Source: Chloroflexota bacterium
GTDB taxonomy: Bacteria > Chloroflexota > Dehalococcoidia > JACQUD01
Assembly: GCA_016210485.1 (NCBI GenBank)
Contig: JACQUD010000059.1
Location: 20,800-84,799 of the forward strand
Direction of reading: 5' to 3'
Length of the DNA stretch: 64,000 bases
A program made the translations under genes and the position numbers. How positions within the stretch are numbered: position 1 is the first letter of the stretch; each line of letters opens with the position of its first letter. The notes beneath the pieces are model-generated. The model saw nothing but the letters and a program-made list of their open reading frames with translations, ran no database searches and was not told where the DNA came from. This document shows positions 40,063-49,207 of this stretch, piece after piece.

Positions 40063-40153
40063 TTACTTAGGGATATATGAACGCCGAAGGATTGGGGGGT
40101 CTTTCCATATATCTAACCCCTGGGCGATGGCCCTACCTATTTGGGAATGTTAA

Positions 40154-41668
40154 CTAGCTGTCGTTTCTTTTCTCAAAGTTTCGCAGGGTTTTATCCAGTT
40201 TATCTGAAGAAACATCCTCTTCTTCTGCATCAGCAGATTCTTTGGGTACGAACGAATCGCTGGAAACGCGCCGCAATCCGGGGTTAAGTTGCGTAGCAAA
40301 CGTAAGGCTACCGGACGATACAACTTTGCGGTATTTCCCAAGCTCACCTGTAATTACTGTAAGATGAACAGGCTTGCCTGTCTCCTTGAATTTTCTCTCC
40401 ACAATCTCAGCCACGGCATCGAACAAAGGTATTGACGGATGCTCATAACCCCATTCTGTTAGGGCAAATTTGCCTTTGACACCAATCCAAACCATGCCGT
40501 GCTGCTCGCGGCTCAGCACAGCGTGAATGTTACGTTCGGAGGACGGGTCATCCGGAAACATTGAATTGTAAACTAAGGAAATCTCTGAATAGTGCGCTGG
40601 TCTCCCGATGTGTCGAAGTACGGTATATACTTTTTGGGCCTTAGTTACGCGACTCCATACGGGTTGAGTTGCACTCTCAGCAAGAGTCTTAACGTCATTG
40701 GCCAGAAGGCACAGATTGCCTTTGGAATCTAAAAACTTCGCTATTGACTCTGGGTCAACTTCGTGCGGGTGCCATTCCCAAGGTCCGAGTTCCTGGACAT
40801 CCTTTGACGAAGCCCCTAAGATCACGATTTTTAGCTCGGGTAGCTCCGCAATGGGAATGCCCGCGCATTTGGCGGCGAATCTCCTGAGAGATGCCTGCAA
40901 AGAATCAGTGACGACAACAAGACTACCCTCTGCGCGCATAACATCACATAAGAATGCGCGGAGAAACACCCTGCGATTGTAACGCTGTATGAACCTTTTT
41001 CGCGCCTTATCCTCTAATTGGCGAACTCTCTCTCTGGTAACTCCAAGCCAACTACCAATCTCTTCAAGAGTCATTCTTCTCTCTACGCCGAAGCCTTCTC
41101 TAGCTAGCACAACTTGAACAAGTCTCCGTTCGAGTTTGGAAAGCGCTTCTCCGAGTGCTTCCTCTAACGGCTGGTTCAAGGCAGTAGCACGTACTTCAAT
41201 GTCTGCCAAGCTTTTCAGCAACTTGGTGGCATCTTCAAGGGCGAACAGTGATAAGTAGGAGAGAATATGTGCCAAGGGAAAGCAGTATTGGGCGGGTGTC
41301 CAAGCAGGGCCTACAAATCCGAAGCGCTCCCCAAAGTGCAAAGCCTCCTTCGAGAAAAATTCCCAACGACCAGTGGGGCGCAGGGAATTCATGAGACGCG
41401 TTAACTCACGTTCCGTCAGCCTTGCTTTGTGCGCCTGTGCCATTCTAATGTTCAGGCTGACAAACCACAGAAAGAGAGTTTTCTCTGGGACGAACCAATC
41501 CTCCTTCTCTCGACACAACGAAATATACCGAGAATCGTTAGCGAGAGCGCGTCGCACTGTCTCAGTGTCGATGTCTGATTGTGTGTAGTCAACAACTTCC
41601 GAAACGCTCAAGGCGTACGGCCGTGATGCGAAGGTTTCCAGAGTCTGAGCAATATGCTGCGTATCCAT
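40154..41668 (-). CDS. Sigma-70 region-4 HTH protein with C-terminal HARE-HTH-like winged helix (504 aa); island-1 component
   Basis: Central RRMTLEEIGSWLGVTRERVRQLEDKARKRF is a classic sigma-70 r4 HTH. C-terminal …KVYTVLRHIGRPAHYSEISLVYNSMFPDD…MVWIGVKGKFALTEWGY fits the HARE-HTH pattern. Low GC (~45-50%). Confidence 0.65.
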   Translation of the reverse strand: MDTQHIAQTLETFASRPYALSVSEVVDYTQSDIDTETVRRALANDSRYISLCREKEDWFVPEKTLFLWFVSLNIRMAQAHKARLTERELTRLMNSLRPTGRWEFFSKEALHFGERFGFVGPAWTPAQYCFPLAHILSYLSLFALEDATKLLKSLADIEVRATALNQPLEEALGEALSKLERRLVQVVLAREGFGVERRMTLEEIGSWLGVTRERVRQLEDKARKRFIQRYNRRVFLRAFLCDVMRAEGSLVVVTDSLQASLRRFAAKCAGIPIAELPELKIVILGASSKDVQELGPWEWHPHEVDPESIAKFLDSKGNLCLLANDVKTLAESATQPVWSRVTKAQKVYTVLRHIGRPAHYSEISLVYNSMFPDDPSSERNIHAVLSREQHGMVWIGVKGKFALTEWGYEHPSIPLFDAVAEIVERKFKETGKPVHLTVITGELGKYRKVVSSGSLTFATQLNPGLRRVSSDSFVPKESADAEEEDVSSDKLDKTLRNFEKRNDS

Positions 41669-41681
41669 AGTAGCAGATCGG

Positions 41682-42164
41682 TTAGACGGGAAAATCGCCC
41701 TTCAAGAGCCTTTCAGCAACCTTGCGCGTCCCCTTTTCGCAACGCCCCCAGTTTAATGAGGAGGGGATGAGTTCTTCTTTTACTAAATAGCGACGCAAGA
41801 TAACCACCTTCTCGAGCCATTTTCGCTTTACACCCAGGTCTCGAACTAGATGGTCGTAAAACCCGTCTATCTGAAGTGATATATGTTCTAGGTTGTCTCT
41901 TAGCCCAAACATAGTATCTCCGAGCTGCCAGATCTTTCTGGCAGGCGTAGGCGTATGATTCTTCCTAAACGCCTGTATCTCCGCTAACAACAGACGCATT
42001 GTTCTAATAGAGCGCGAATACGAATCAGCAGCGTTTTGCAAAACAGAACTTGGATCACTTTCCATTGAGATGATCCCATCAATAGAGAGAAACGCCATGA
42101 ATACTCCATCTCTAGGTTCAAAACACACAAAGGTCAGCTTGGGCGAGGTCACCTTTTCCCCCAA
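41682..42164 (-). CDS. Small partner protein (160 aa) of GHKL ATPase copy 1; paralog of 54573..55043
   Basis: Overlaps the GHKL gene by 16 nt. Alignable to the copy-2 partner (…IWQLGDTMFGLRDNLEH…LVRDLGVKRKWLEKVVILRRYL… vs …IYWLAGDEILSFLRRMDDLG…LARDVGVHESLLKRVISFRRRF…). Possible C-terminal HTH. Confidence 0.6.
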   Translation of the reverse strand: MGEKVTSPKLTFVCFEPRDGVFMAFLSIDGIISMESDPSSVLQNAADSYSRSIRTMRLLLAEIQAFRKNHTPTPARKIWQLGDTMFGLRDNLEHISLQIDGFYDHLVRDLGVKRKWLEKVVILRRYLVKEELIPSSLNWGRCEKGTRKVAERLLKGDFPV

Positions 42165-43675
42165 GCAGCCATCATTTTATCTAGGAACATAAGGTCTTGG
42201 GCCTCGCCCTCGCCAGCTAAGAATCTCTGGATGGCACTTCCTATGGCAAAAAGACTGTGGAGCCTTCTTGCTGTGCTATCGGTTCGAGCTTTCACATAGG
42301 ACGGATGCCCACTATTGATAACTACGCTATTGCCGTCCACCCAGGCTAAGTCCACTCTGGTAGGAGCTTCGGCGAAGGCGATTTTGGGACCTCGGCGTCC
42401 TGTTCGGCTGATGGGGGCAGCCGTCTCGTTTCCCTTCTCTTGATTTTGAACAAGCGCTTCGCCAGGCTCATTTCCTACATCGACAGGACTTGGGCCGTCT
42501 CCTCCGTTGCCTTCCCCGATGGGGAAAGTCTCCTCGGTCCCTTCTTGGATATCGGCTTTGATTGGGCCGCTATCGTTAGCTTGGAGAACGTCCTTCTTGG
42601 CGCGAAACCCAAAGAAATCTGCTAGCTCCGGAACATCTTTCACGAGCTTCTTAAGCTCCCGTTCTAGCTTCTCCGCTTCATCCGTACCTCCAATATCCAA
42701 AGACTGGATGCCCAGTGCTGCTAGCCAATTCTTGAACTCCACTCGAACAGGGTTATATAGACTTTCGAATTCTCTATGTTTCCCACGGCCACGGATAAAG
42801 TCCGTCTTAGCCGTGGTCAAGAAGTTAACAAATTTGGGAATCTCCACCAATCCGAAGATCCTCGGCCCAAGACTTCCCGGAAATTGATTAAAGAGGTCTG
42901 CTTTAATGACCTTGCCATAGGTGCACAGCAAAACACCACAAACATCTCCCCCGGCCGGGTACTCGGACGCAGCCAGGCCGAGAACGCCATAGCCTATCCT
43001 TTTGCCAACTCTAGTAGGGAAGAATTTCTTAACCATATCGAGGCTGAAGTCCCTCTCTATGTTACTAGGTATGACGGCCTGTCCGTTGACAGTGAATCTG
43101 AGATCGCTGGGGTAGTAGCCCATGCTCTTGTACAAGTCTAGGAACTGCATATCCAGAAGGGGAAGGTAGTGGTGGCGCAATAGTTTGATTAAGTCCTCAG
43201 ATGAAGAATACGAGACTCTTGTTTCTGCCCCAAATCTCACTTCTACCCTCGTGCCAGTTCCTGATAGATGCGTAGGTTGGATATCCTCCCATAACAGTTT
43301 TCTCTTCGACTCCAAATGCCAATTAGAACCACTAGAAAACATTTCACTGCGGGTCTCAGTGATCACCCTGTCCGAAATATTGAAGCTAATCTTTGCACCA
43401 ACACCGGCAAAGCCTATGCCTGTTCCTCGGGTCTTAAGACCAGCGGCGAAATCGTGGTACTCCTTGAACTGCGAATCGGTCATACCCTTGCCGTTATCGG
43501 CTACAACAAGGACTCTGTGATCAGTGTCATAAGAGATAGAAATACGTGATGCTCTAGCATCCAGAGCATTAGCCACGAGTTCCACAAACACTATCTCAGC
43601 TACTTCAAACGGGTACATTTCGGCTAAATCCCGAATCAGATTTTGGAAGTTCACGCTACTTTCGTGTGTACCCAT
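42149..43675 (-). CDS. GHKL (Bergerat-fold) ATPase of the MORC/MutL/Hsp90 class, copy 1 (508 aa)
   Basis: Motif I ELVANALDA, G1 DNGKGM, G2 GTGIGFAGVGAK, MutL/Hsp90-like GTGTRVEV. C-terminal acidic/Gly linker then …VVINSGHPSYVKA…. Start at internal ATG 43675 (RBS gagga), consistent with promoter TTGACT-18-TATACT at 43741..43770; the track ORF extended upstream. Confidence 0.75.
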   Translation of the reverse strand: MGTHESSVNFQNLIRDLAEMYPFEVAEIVFVELVANALDARASRISISYDTDHRVLVVADNGKGMTDSQFKEYHDFAAGLKTRGTGIGFAGVGAKISFNISDRVITETRSEMFSSGSNWHLESKRKLLWEDIQPTHLSGTGTRVEVRFGAETRVSYSSSEDLIKLLRHHYLPLLDMQFLDLYKSMGYYPSDLRFTVNGQAVIPSNIERDFSLDMVKKFFPTRVGKRIGYGVLGLAASEYPAGGDVCGVLLCTYGKVIKADLFNQFPGSLGPRIFGLVEIPKFVNFLTTAKTDFIRGRGKHREFESLYNPVRVEFKNWLAALGIQSLDIGGTDEAEKLERELKKLVKDVPELADFFGFRAKKDVLQANDSGPIKADIQEGTEETFPIGEGNGGDGPSPVDVGNEPGEALVQNQEKGNETAAPISRTGRRGPKIAFAEAPTRVDLAWVDGNSVVINSGHPSYVKARTDSTARRLHSLFAIGSAIQRFLAGEGEAQDLMFLDKMMAAWGKR

Positions 43676-43740
43676 GTTATCCTCGTTTAGATAATTCAAA
43701 ATATGACAATTTAAACCGTCGGACACCCGCTCCCGGGGCC

Positions 43741-43770
43741 AGTATAAGCCCGCCCCGAAAGCAGAGTCAA
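43741..43770 (-). promoter_or_regulatory. Candidate promoter of GHKL module 1 (TTGACT - 18 nt - TATACT, minus strand)
   Basis: Hexamers read on the minus strand about 65 nt upstream of the GHKL ATG. Confidence 0.4.
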
Positions 43771-43836
43771 TTGTTTGCGATGAGGGTTGGAATGGGATAT
43801 ATCCCAAAATGCCCTGACGGGCGCAAAATGGGGAGA

Positions 43837-44925
43837 CTATGCTCCCAGCACCACCTGTATCTCCTCCCGCCAGGCCTCCACTTTCAGGGCGAAGGCCCGC
43901 ACCAGGCCGAAGCTCCCGGAGAGCATCATGTCGCCGTGGGGGATGGCGAAATAAGGCTTCAGAATCGATTCCGCCATCAGCGCTCGCCTGGGCCCGGTGA
44001 CGGCCAGGAATGGCTTGCTATCCCTTTTCTCCAGGATGAGGCAGCCGTGGCCATGGTCGTCGAAGACCTCCTGAGAGGAGAGCTCCCCGGAGAGGAACCT
44101 GCTCAGGTAGCCGTCCAGCTTCTGGGTGGTGAGCTGGCCGGTGTGATGCTCGAAGAGTCCCAGGATGGCGTCGCCCCGCAAGCGGCAGGCCATGGTGTGC
44201 ATGTTCCCCAGGTTGACCACCAGCCGCTCCCGGCGTCGCCTCACCTCCCCATCTTCCAGCGCGCCCAGAGCGCCCAGCGGGGCAGTGTCCATGAGGAGGA
44301 GGGGGACATCCAGGCCGGGCAGGCTGTCCGCCACCGCCCTCATCCGGGTGAGGAAGTCCGGCACCTCCGAGGCCAGGAAAATGAAACTGGAGAAGTCGTT
44401 CCTCTGCCTCATCGCCTTGGCTAGATAGTCGAAGCGGAAGCGGCGGTCGCTCACCTCGGGCGGGGCGGCTCCGTGGTCTAGAACGCCTATGCTAAGAGCA
44501 TCGAAGTCTAACCTCACGCCGAAGCTAGAGAAGGCCTGCCCCAGGGCTTTCAAATCAACGTCCCGCAACTCAATGACTTCCGCCCCTTTAATTTGGCGGG
44601 CCTCGTCCTCGGAGACCAGCTTCACCCCCAGGGCCTCCACCTGGGAGAGGTCATCGTCGAAGGAGCGGGCGGCATCGGGGGTGGCGTAGGCGGGCAGGCC
44701 GGCCCTGATGTGGTCTTTGACAGCCCCCTGGTTGGGGCCACCGCCCATGGTGAAGCCGGTGAGGACGATGGGCTGCCCCCTTCGCGTTGCCACCTCAATT
44801 CGCCGGGCCACGATGTGGGTGGGCGAGGGCATGACCATCTTGAGGCAGTTCTCGATGGGCACCGAGCTATCGAAGAGGAGGATGTCCTGGGTGCCGCCAC
44901 CGATGTCTATGGCCAGGATGCGCAT
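43837..44925 (-). CDS. ASKHA-fold (actin/sugar-kinase-like) protein, DUF1786-like (tentative)
   Basis: MRILAIDIGGGTQDILLFD… N-terminal phosphate-1 motif of the acetate/sugar kinase/Hsp70/actin superfamily. 362 aa. High GC (core genome). Confidence 0.7.
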   Translation of the reverse strand: MRILAIDIGGGTQDILLFDSSVPIENCLKMVMPSPTHIVARRIEVATRRGQPIVLTGFTMGGGPNQGAVKDHIRAGLPAYATPDAARSFDDDLSQVEALGVKLVSEDEARQIKGAEVIELRDVDLKALGQAFSSFGVRLDFDALSIGVLDHGAAPPEVSDRRFRFDYLAKAMRQRNDFSSFIFLASEVPDFLTRMRAVADSLPGLDVPLLLMDTAPLGALGALEDGEVRRRRERLVVNLGNMHTMACRLRGDAILGLFEHHTGQLTTQKLDGYLSRFLSGELSSQEVFDDHGHGCLILEKRDSKPFLAVTGPRRALMAESILKPYFAIPHGDMMLSGSFGLVRAFALKVEAWREEIQVVLGA

Positions 44926-44937
44926 TTCGTCCTCGGC

Positions 44938-45651
44938 TCAGGACAGCTGGATATCGGATTCGTCTTTGGCCCTCTGGAGGAACTCGGTGAGGATACCCGT
45001 CTTCATTTCATTCCTCTCCCGGTAGGGAGAGACGAACTTCCCTTTGAGCCACAGATGCTGGGGCTCGATGTGGATCTGGGTGCGCGATTTCTCCTGGGCC
45101 TCCTTGAGGAAATCGGGATAGCCATCTCGAAAGGCCACCTGGGCTTCCGCGACGTATTTGGAGTCTGCCTGGCTAATGATGTCCTCCAGGAGGTGGCAGG
45201 CCTTGGCTACATCGCTTTTGGGGGTCAGAGGTATCCTGACCTCGTCGAAGATATAATCGCACTGGACCCTAGAGCTCCCCTTGATATACTCCTTGGAGTA
45301 GTTGAGGACAGGCTGGTCCAGGACGATGAGGTTGGGGATGTGGAGAAGCCTCCCCGTCAGCTCCCCGCCCAGCTTCTCATCCTCTCCCACCTCCTCCAGG
45401 ATGAAGTGGAAGAGGCCCACTTGCCGGACATCCCCTTTTATGTTGCCTATCCTGACCCGGTCGCCCACATCAAAGACCCGGGAGAAGGTGATAAGCAGGT
45501 AGCTGGCTATGCTGGCCACATATTTTTGCAGGGCCAGGGCCAGGGCCACGGCGATGAGGGGCATGTAAATGCTGACCCCTTTGAAGAAAAGGGGAGAGGC
45601 GGCAAAGAAGGCCACCACAAGAAAGAGGATTATGAGGATGGCGTATCTCAT
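44938..45651 (-). CDS. Small-conductance mechanosensitive channel (MscS family)
   Basis: …FDVGDRVRIGNIKGDVRQVGLF… MscS beta-domain signature. Confidence 0.85.
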   Translation of the reverse strand: MRYAILIILFLVVAFFAASPLFFKGVSIYMPLIAVALALALQKYVASIASYLLITFSRVFDVGDRVRIGNIKGDVRQVGLFHFILEEVGEDEKLGGELTGRLLHIPNLIVLDQPVLNYSKEYIKGSSRVQCDYIFDEVRIPLTPKSDVAKACHLLEDIISQADSKYVAEAQVAFRDGYPDFLKEAQEKSRTQIHIEPQHLWLKGKFVSPYRERNEMKTGILTEFLQRAKDESDIQLS

Positions 45652-46931
45652 TTAGCTCGGATGACCTCCAGCCCAACCATATAGGGCCGCAGCACCTGTG
45701 GGACGACTACCGAGCCATCGGCCTGCTGGTAGTTCTCCAGGATGGCGATGACCACCCGGGGCAGGGCCAGGCCGGAGCCATTCAGGGTGTGGACGAACTG
45801 GGGCCGCGTCCCCGCCGAGGGACGGTAGCGGACATTGGCCCGGCGGGCCTGGAAATCCAGGCAGTTGGAGCAGGAGGAGACCTCCAGCCACTCCCCGCAG
45901 CCGGGGGCCCACATCTCCAGGTCGTAGGACTTGGTGGCGGCGAAGCCCAACTCCCCGCTGCAAAGCTGGACCACCCGGTAGGGAAGCTCAAGGCGTCGGC
46001 ACAGGTCCTCGGCGTCGGCTGTCAGTTTCTCCATCTCGGCGTCAGAGTCCTGGGGCTCGGTGAACTTGTAAAGCTCCACCTTGTCGAACTGATGCCCCCG
46101 CTTTATCCCTCGGATGTCCTTCCCGGCGCTCATCTTCTCCCTGCGGAAACAGGGGGTGTAGGCCACGTAGTGGAGGGGGAGGGAGCCGGGGGGGAGTATC
46201 TCATCCCGATGCAGGTTGGTGAGGGGGACCTCGGCGGTGGGCACCAGCCACAGGTCCTCCTCAATGTCTCGATAGAGATTGTCGCTGAACTTGGGCAGGC
46301 TGCCCGTGCCCTCCAGGCAGTAGCCCTTGACCAGGAAGGGTGGATAGATCTCGGCATAGCCGTGCTCCTGGACATGAGTGTCCAACATCCATTGAATGAG
46401 GGCACGCTGGAGCCTGGCGCCGGCCCCCACCATGACATAGAAGCGGGAGCCGGAGAGCTTTACCCCTCGCTCGAAGTCCAGGATGCCGAGCTTCTCCCCA
46501 ATCTCCCAGTGGGGGCGGGGTGTGAAGGAGAAAGCATTAGGCTCGCCCCATCGGCGCACCACCACGTTATTCTCCTCACCTAGGCCCTCGGGGACGGAGG
46601 CGTCCACCAGGTTAGGGATAGTAAGGAGCAGGCCCCGGAGCTCGGCCTCCAGACGTTTCTGCTCGGCCTCCAGGGCCTCCAGGCGCTCCCCCAGGCTGCG
46701 CATCTCCTGCGTATGCCTGTGCATCAGTTCGTGGGGCCTTTCCTTCATGGTAGCCATTTTCTTATTGGCCTCGTTGCGCTGGGCGCGGAGGGACTCGGCC
46801 TCGTAGAGGAGGTGGCGGTGCTGGGCATCCAGCTCCAGGGCCTGATGGGCCAAGGCTGGGGACTCGCCCCGCTTGCCCAAGGATTCGACTACCAGGTCGG
46901 TGTTTTCCCGAATGAGCTGAAGGCTGAGCAT
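45648..46931 (-). CDS. serS: Serine--tRNA ligase
   Basis: MLSLQLIRENTDL… coiled-coil N-arm and class II core. Start at ATG 46931 with RBS taggagagct located inside the lysS 3' end. Confidence 0.95.
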   Translation of the reverse strand: MLSLQLIRENTDLVVESLGKRGESPALAHQALELDAQHRHLLYEAESLRAQRNEANKKMATMKERPHELMHRHTQEMRSLGERLEALEAEQKRLEAELRGLLLTIPNLVDASVPEGLGEENNVVVRRWGEPNAFSFTPRPHWEIGEKLGILDFERGVKLSGSRFYVMVGAGARLQRALIQWMLDTHVQEHGYAEIYPPFLVKGYCLEGTGSLPKFSDNLYRDIEEDLWLVPTAEVPLTNLHRDEILPPGSLPLHYVAYTPCFRREKMSAGKDIRGIKRGHQFDKVELYKFTEPQDSDAEMEKLTADAEDLCRRLELPYRVVQLCSGELGFAATKSYDLEMWAPGCGEWLEVSSCSNCLDFQARRANVRYRPSAGTRPQFVHTLNGSGLALPRVVIAILENYQQADGSVVVPQVLRPYMVGLEVIRAK

Positions 46932-46938
46932 AGCTCTC

Positions 46939-48450
46939 CTAATCCCGCATTTGCGGGAACAGTATAACATCCCGGATGGAGGGGCTATCGGTCAGCAGCA
47001 TGGCCAGGCGGTCTATACCCACCCCCAGCCCCCCGCAGGGGGGCATGCCATATTCCATCGCCTGAAGGAAGTCCTCATCGGGCAGGTCTGCCTCCTCATC
47101 CCCGGCCTGGCGCAGCCGGGCTTGCTGGGCGAAGCGCTCCCGCTGCTCCACAGGGTCGTTGAGCTCGGTGAAGGCATTTGCTATCTCCATCCCGCCGATG
47201 AAGGCCTCGAAGCGTTCCACCAGGGAAGGGTCCTGGGGCTTGGCCTTGGCCAGGGGTGAGAGCTCTGTGGGGTAGTCCAGGAGGAAGATGGGCTGGATGA
47301 GGTTCGGTTCCACCTTCTCCGAGAGGAGTCGGTCAATGAGCTTGCCCCGGCCCATTGCTTTGTCAACCTGGATGTCCAGGGAGGCCACCTTAGCTCGCAG
47401 GGCGTCGGCGTCCCGATACTCCTGAAAGTCGATGCCGGTGCGCTGGAGGATGGCCTCCCGCAGGGCGAGGCGGGGCCAGGGGGGGGTCAGGTCTATCTCC
47501 TGGCCGTTGTAGCTGATTTTAGCAACCCCAAGGACATCCCCGGCTACCGCAGCCACCATCTCCTCCACCATAGCCATGACGTCCCGGTAATCGGCGTAGG
47601 CCTGATAGCTCTCCAGGGTGGTGAACTCCGGATTGTGGCGGCTGTCGATGCCCTCGTTGCGGAAGATGCGGCCTATCTCATACACTTTGTCGAGGCCGCC
47701 GATAATGAGGCGCTTGAGATGGAGCTCCGTGGCGATGCGCAGGTAGAGGTCTCGATCTAAGGCGTTATGGTGGGTGATGAAGGGGCGAGCCATGGCCCCC
47801 CCGGCTTTGCTCTGGAGCACCGGCGTCTCCACCTCCAGAAACCCTCGACTGTCCAGGAAGCATCGGATGGCGGCGATGACCCGGCTCCGCACTTGAAAAG
47901 CCGACTTCACCTCCTGGTTGGCGATGAGGTCCAGGTAGCGCTGTCGATAGCGGGCCTCGGTATCAGTGAGGCCATGCCACTTCTCGGGTAGGGGGTGGAG
48001 GGCCTTGCTCAGGAGGACGATGTCCTTGGCCTCCAGGGAGACCTCGCCGGTGCGGGTGCGCAACATCTTCCCCTGGGCACCCACGTGGTCACCGATGTCC
48101 AGGTCTTGAAGGAGAAGCTGGGCTTCTGGGGACAGGTTGCGGGTGGATAAATAGAGTTGGACCTTGCCCGAGCTATCCCGCAGGTCCAGGAAAGTCAGCT
48201 TGCCCATGCCCCGCCGGGCCACGATGCGCCCGGTCAGGGACACATCCGGCAAAGGGAGAGAACCCGACCGCTCCGCCTCTTCAAAAAGGGACGCTGCCTC
48301 CTGAGCGGTATGGCTTCGATGGCAGCTCCTGGGATAGGGGTCTATGCCCCGCTCTCTCAGCCGACGCAGCTTGAGCCGCCGCTGCTCCTGTAAGGTTTCC
48401 TTCCCTCCGGACATCTTGGATTGCTCGCTACCAGCCTCATCGCCTCTCAC
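46939..48450 (-). CDS. lysS: Lysine--tRNA ligase (class II)
   Basis: OB-fold anticodon-binding N-domain plus class II catalytic core. 4-nt overlap with greA. Confidence 0.95.
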   Translation of the reverse strand: MRGDEAGSEQSKMSGGKETLQEQRRLKLRRLRERGIDPYPRSCHRSHTAQEAASLFEEAERSGSLPLPDVSLTGRIVARRGMGKLTFLDLRDSSGKVQLYLSTRNLSPEAQLLLQDLDIGDHVGAQGKMLRTRTGEVSLEAKDIVLLSKALHPLPEKWHGLTDTEARYRQRYLDLIANQEVKSAFQVRSRVIAAIRCFLDSRGFLEVETPVLQSKAGGAMARPFITHHNALDRDLYLRIATELHLKRLIIGGLDKVYEIGRIFRNEGIDSRHNPEFTTLESYQAYADYRDVMAMVEEMVAAVAGDVLGVAKISYNGQEIDLTPPWPRLALREAILQRTGIDFQEYRDADALRAKVASLDIQVDKAMGRGKLIDRLLSEKVEPNLIQPIFLLDYPTELSPLAKAKPQDPSLVERFEAFIGGMEIANAFTELNDPVEQRERFAQQARLRQAGDEEADLPDEDFLQAMEYGMPPCGGLGVGIDRLAMLLTDSPSIRDVILFPQMRD

Positions 48451-48920
48451 TCTATAGCGACGATAGTCATGACTACCGGTCCCGCAGGCACCATCACGGC
48501 GATCTCATCCCCCACCCTGCGGCCCAGCAGGGAACGGCCTACAGGCGACTCGTTGGAGATTTTTCCGTCGCCAGGGCTAGCCTCGGCACTCCCCACGATG
48601 ATGTAATGCTGCTCCTTCCCTCCCTGAGGGCGCACCGTAACCTTGGACCCCAGAGTGACGAAGGGCGGATGGGCCTCCTCAGAAGAGATGAGGACTGCGT
48701 TCTGAATCATGCCTTCCAGCGTCAGGACGCGCCCCTCCACAAAGGCCTGAAGATTCTTGGCATCCTCATACTCTGCGTTGTTCACCGTCCCCCCCATCTC
48801 CTTGGCACGCTGGAGTACCTCCGCCACCTCATGGCGGCGAACGGTGCGCAGATACTCCAACTCTTCCTGGAGCTTGGCCAAACCTTCGGGAGTCAGGTAA
48901 ACATCTTTGTGGGCCATCAT
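48447..48920 (-). CDS. greA: Transcription elongation factor GreA
   Basis: MMAHKDVYLTPEGLAKLQEELEYL… coiled-coil plus FKBP-like domain. Confidence 0.93.
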   Translation of the reverse strand: MMAHKDVYLTPEGLAKLQEELEYLRTVRRHEVAEVLQRAKEMGGTVNNAEYEDAKNLQAFVEGRVLTLEGMIQNAVLISSEEAHPPFVTLGSKVTVRPQGGKEQHYIIVGSAEASPGDGKISNESPVGRSLLGRRVGDEIAVMVPAGPVVMTIVAIE

Positions 48921-48933
48921 CCTATCTCCAATG

Positions 48934-48968
48934 AAAAAAGACTGAGGCGAATACTAAATCGCCCTCAG
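48934..48968 (-). terminator. Intrinsic terminator inside the greA 5' leader (GraL-like leader attenuator)
   Basis: Minus strand reads CUGAGGGCGAU-UUAGUAU-UCGCCUCAG followed by UCUUUUUU, about 12 nt upstream of the greA RBS GGAGAUAGG. Confidence 0.55.
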
Positions 48969-49207
48969 TTGACCCCATTATAAGTACCTTGTGGGGTATT
49001 GTAAAGGCCTGGGTAGAGAGTCCTGGACAACATCTGCCGTTCACACTCACCTGAAATTGAGACCATAAAGCTTTGCCCCCGGCCCTAATGTTTGGAGTGG
49101 AGGCCTCAAAAGCATGGCTGTGAGGGAAGAAAAACCCCTCTGATGACTCTATATGGGACAAAAGTGATACCAGCCTGGGTGATGTCAAGAGAAAGGGAGA
49201 AGGCTTA

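Noticed and set aside
40063-40153. Inverted repeat ggatatatg…catatatc between convergent genes at the island-1 boundary
   Set aside because: Could be a terminator or an insertion scar. The stem is short and AT-rich, with a ~20-nt loop, and I could not find a matching repeat at the other island border (43676..43836), so no att-site claim is made.
43666-44424. 252-aa plus-strand ORF
   Set aside because: It overlaps the DUF1786-like gene on the opposite strand and the GHKL promoter region. It is a compositional artefact.
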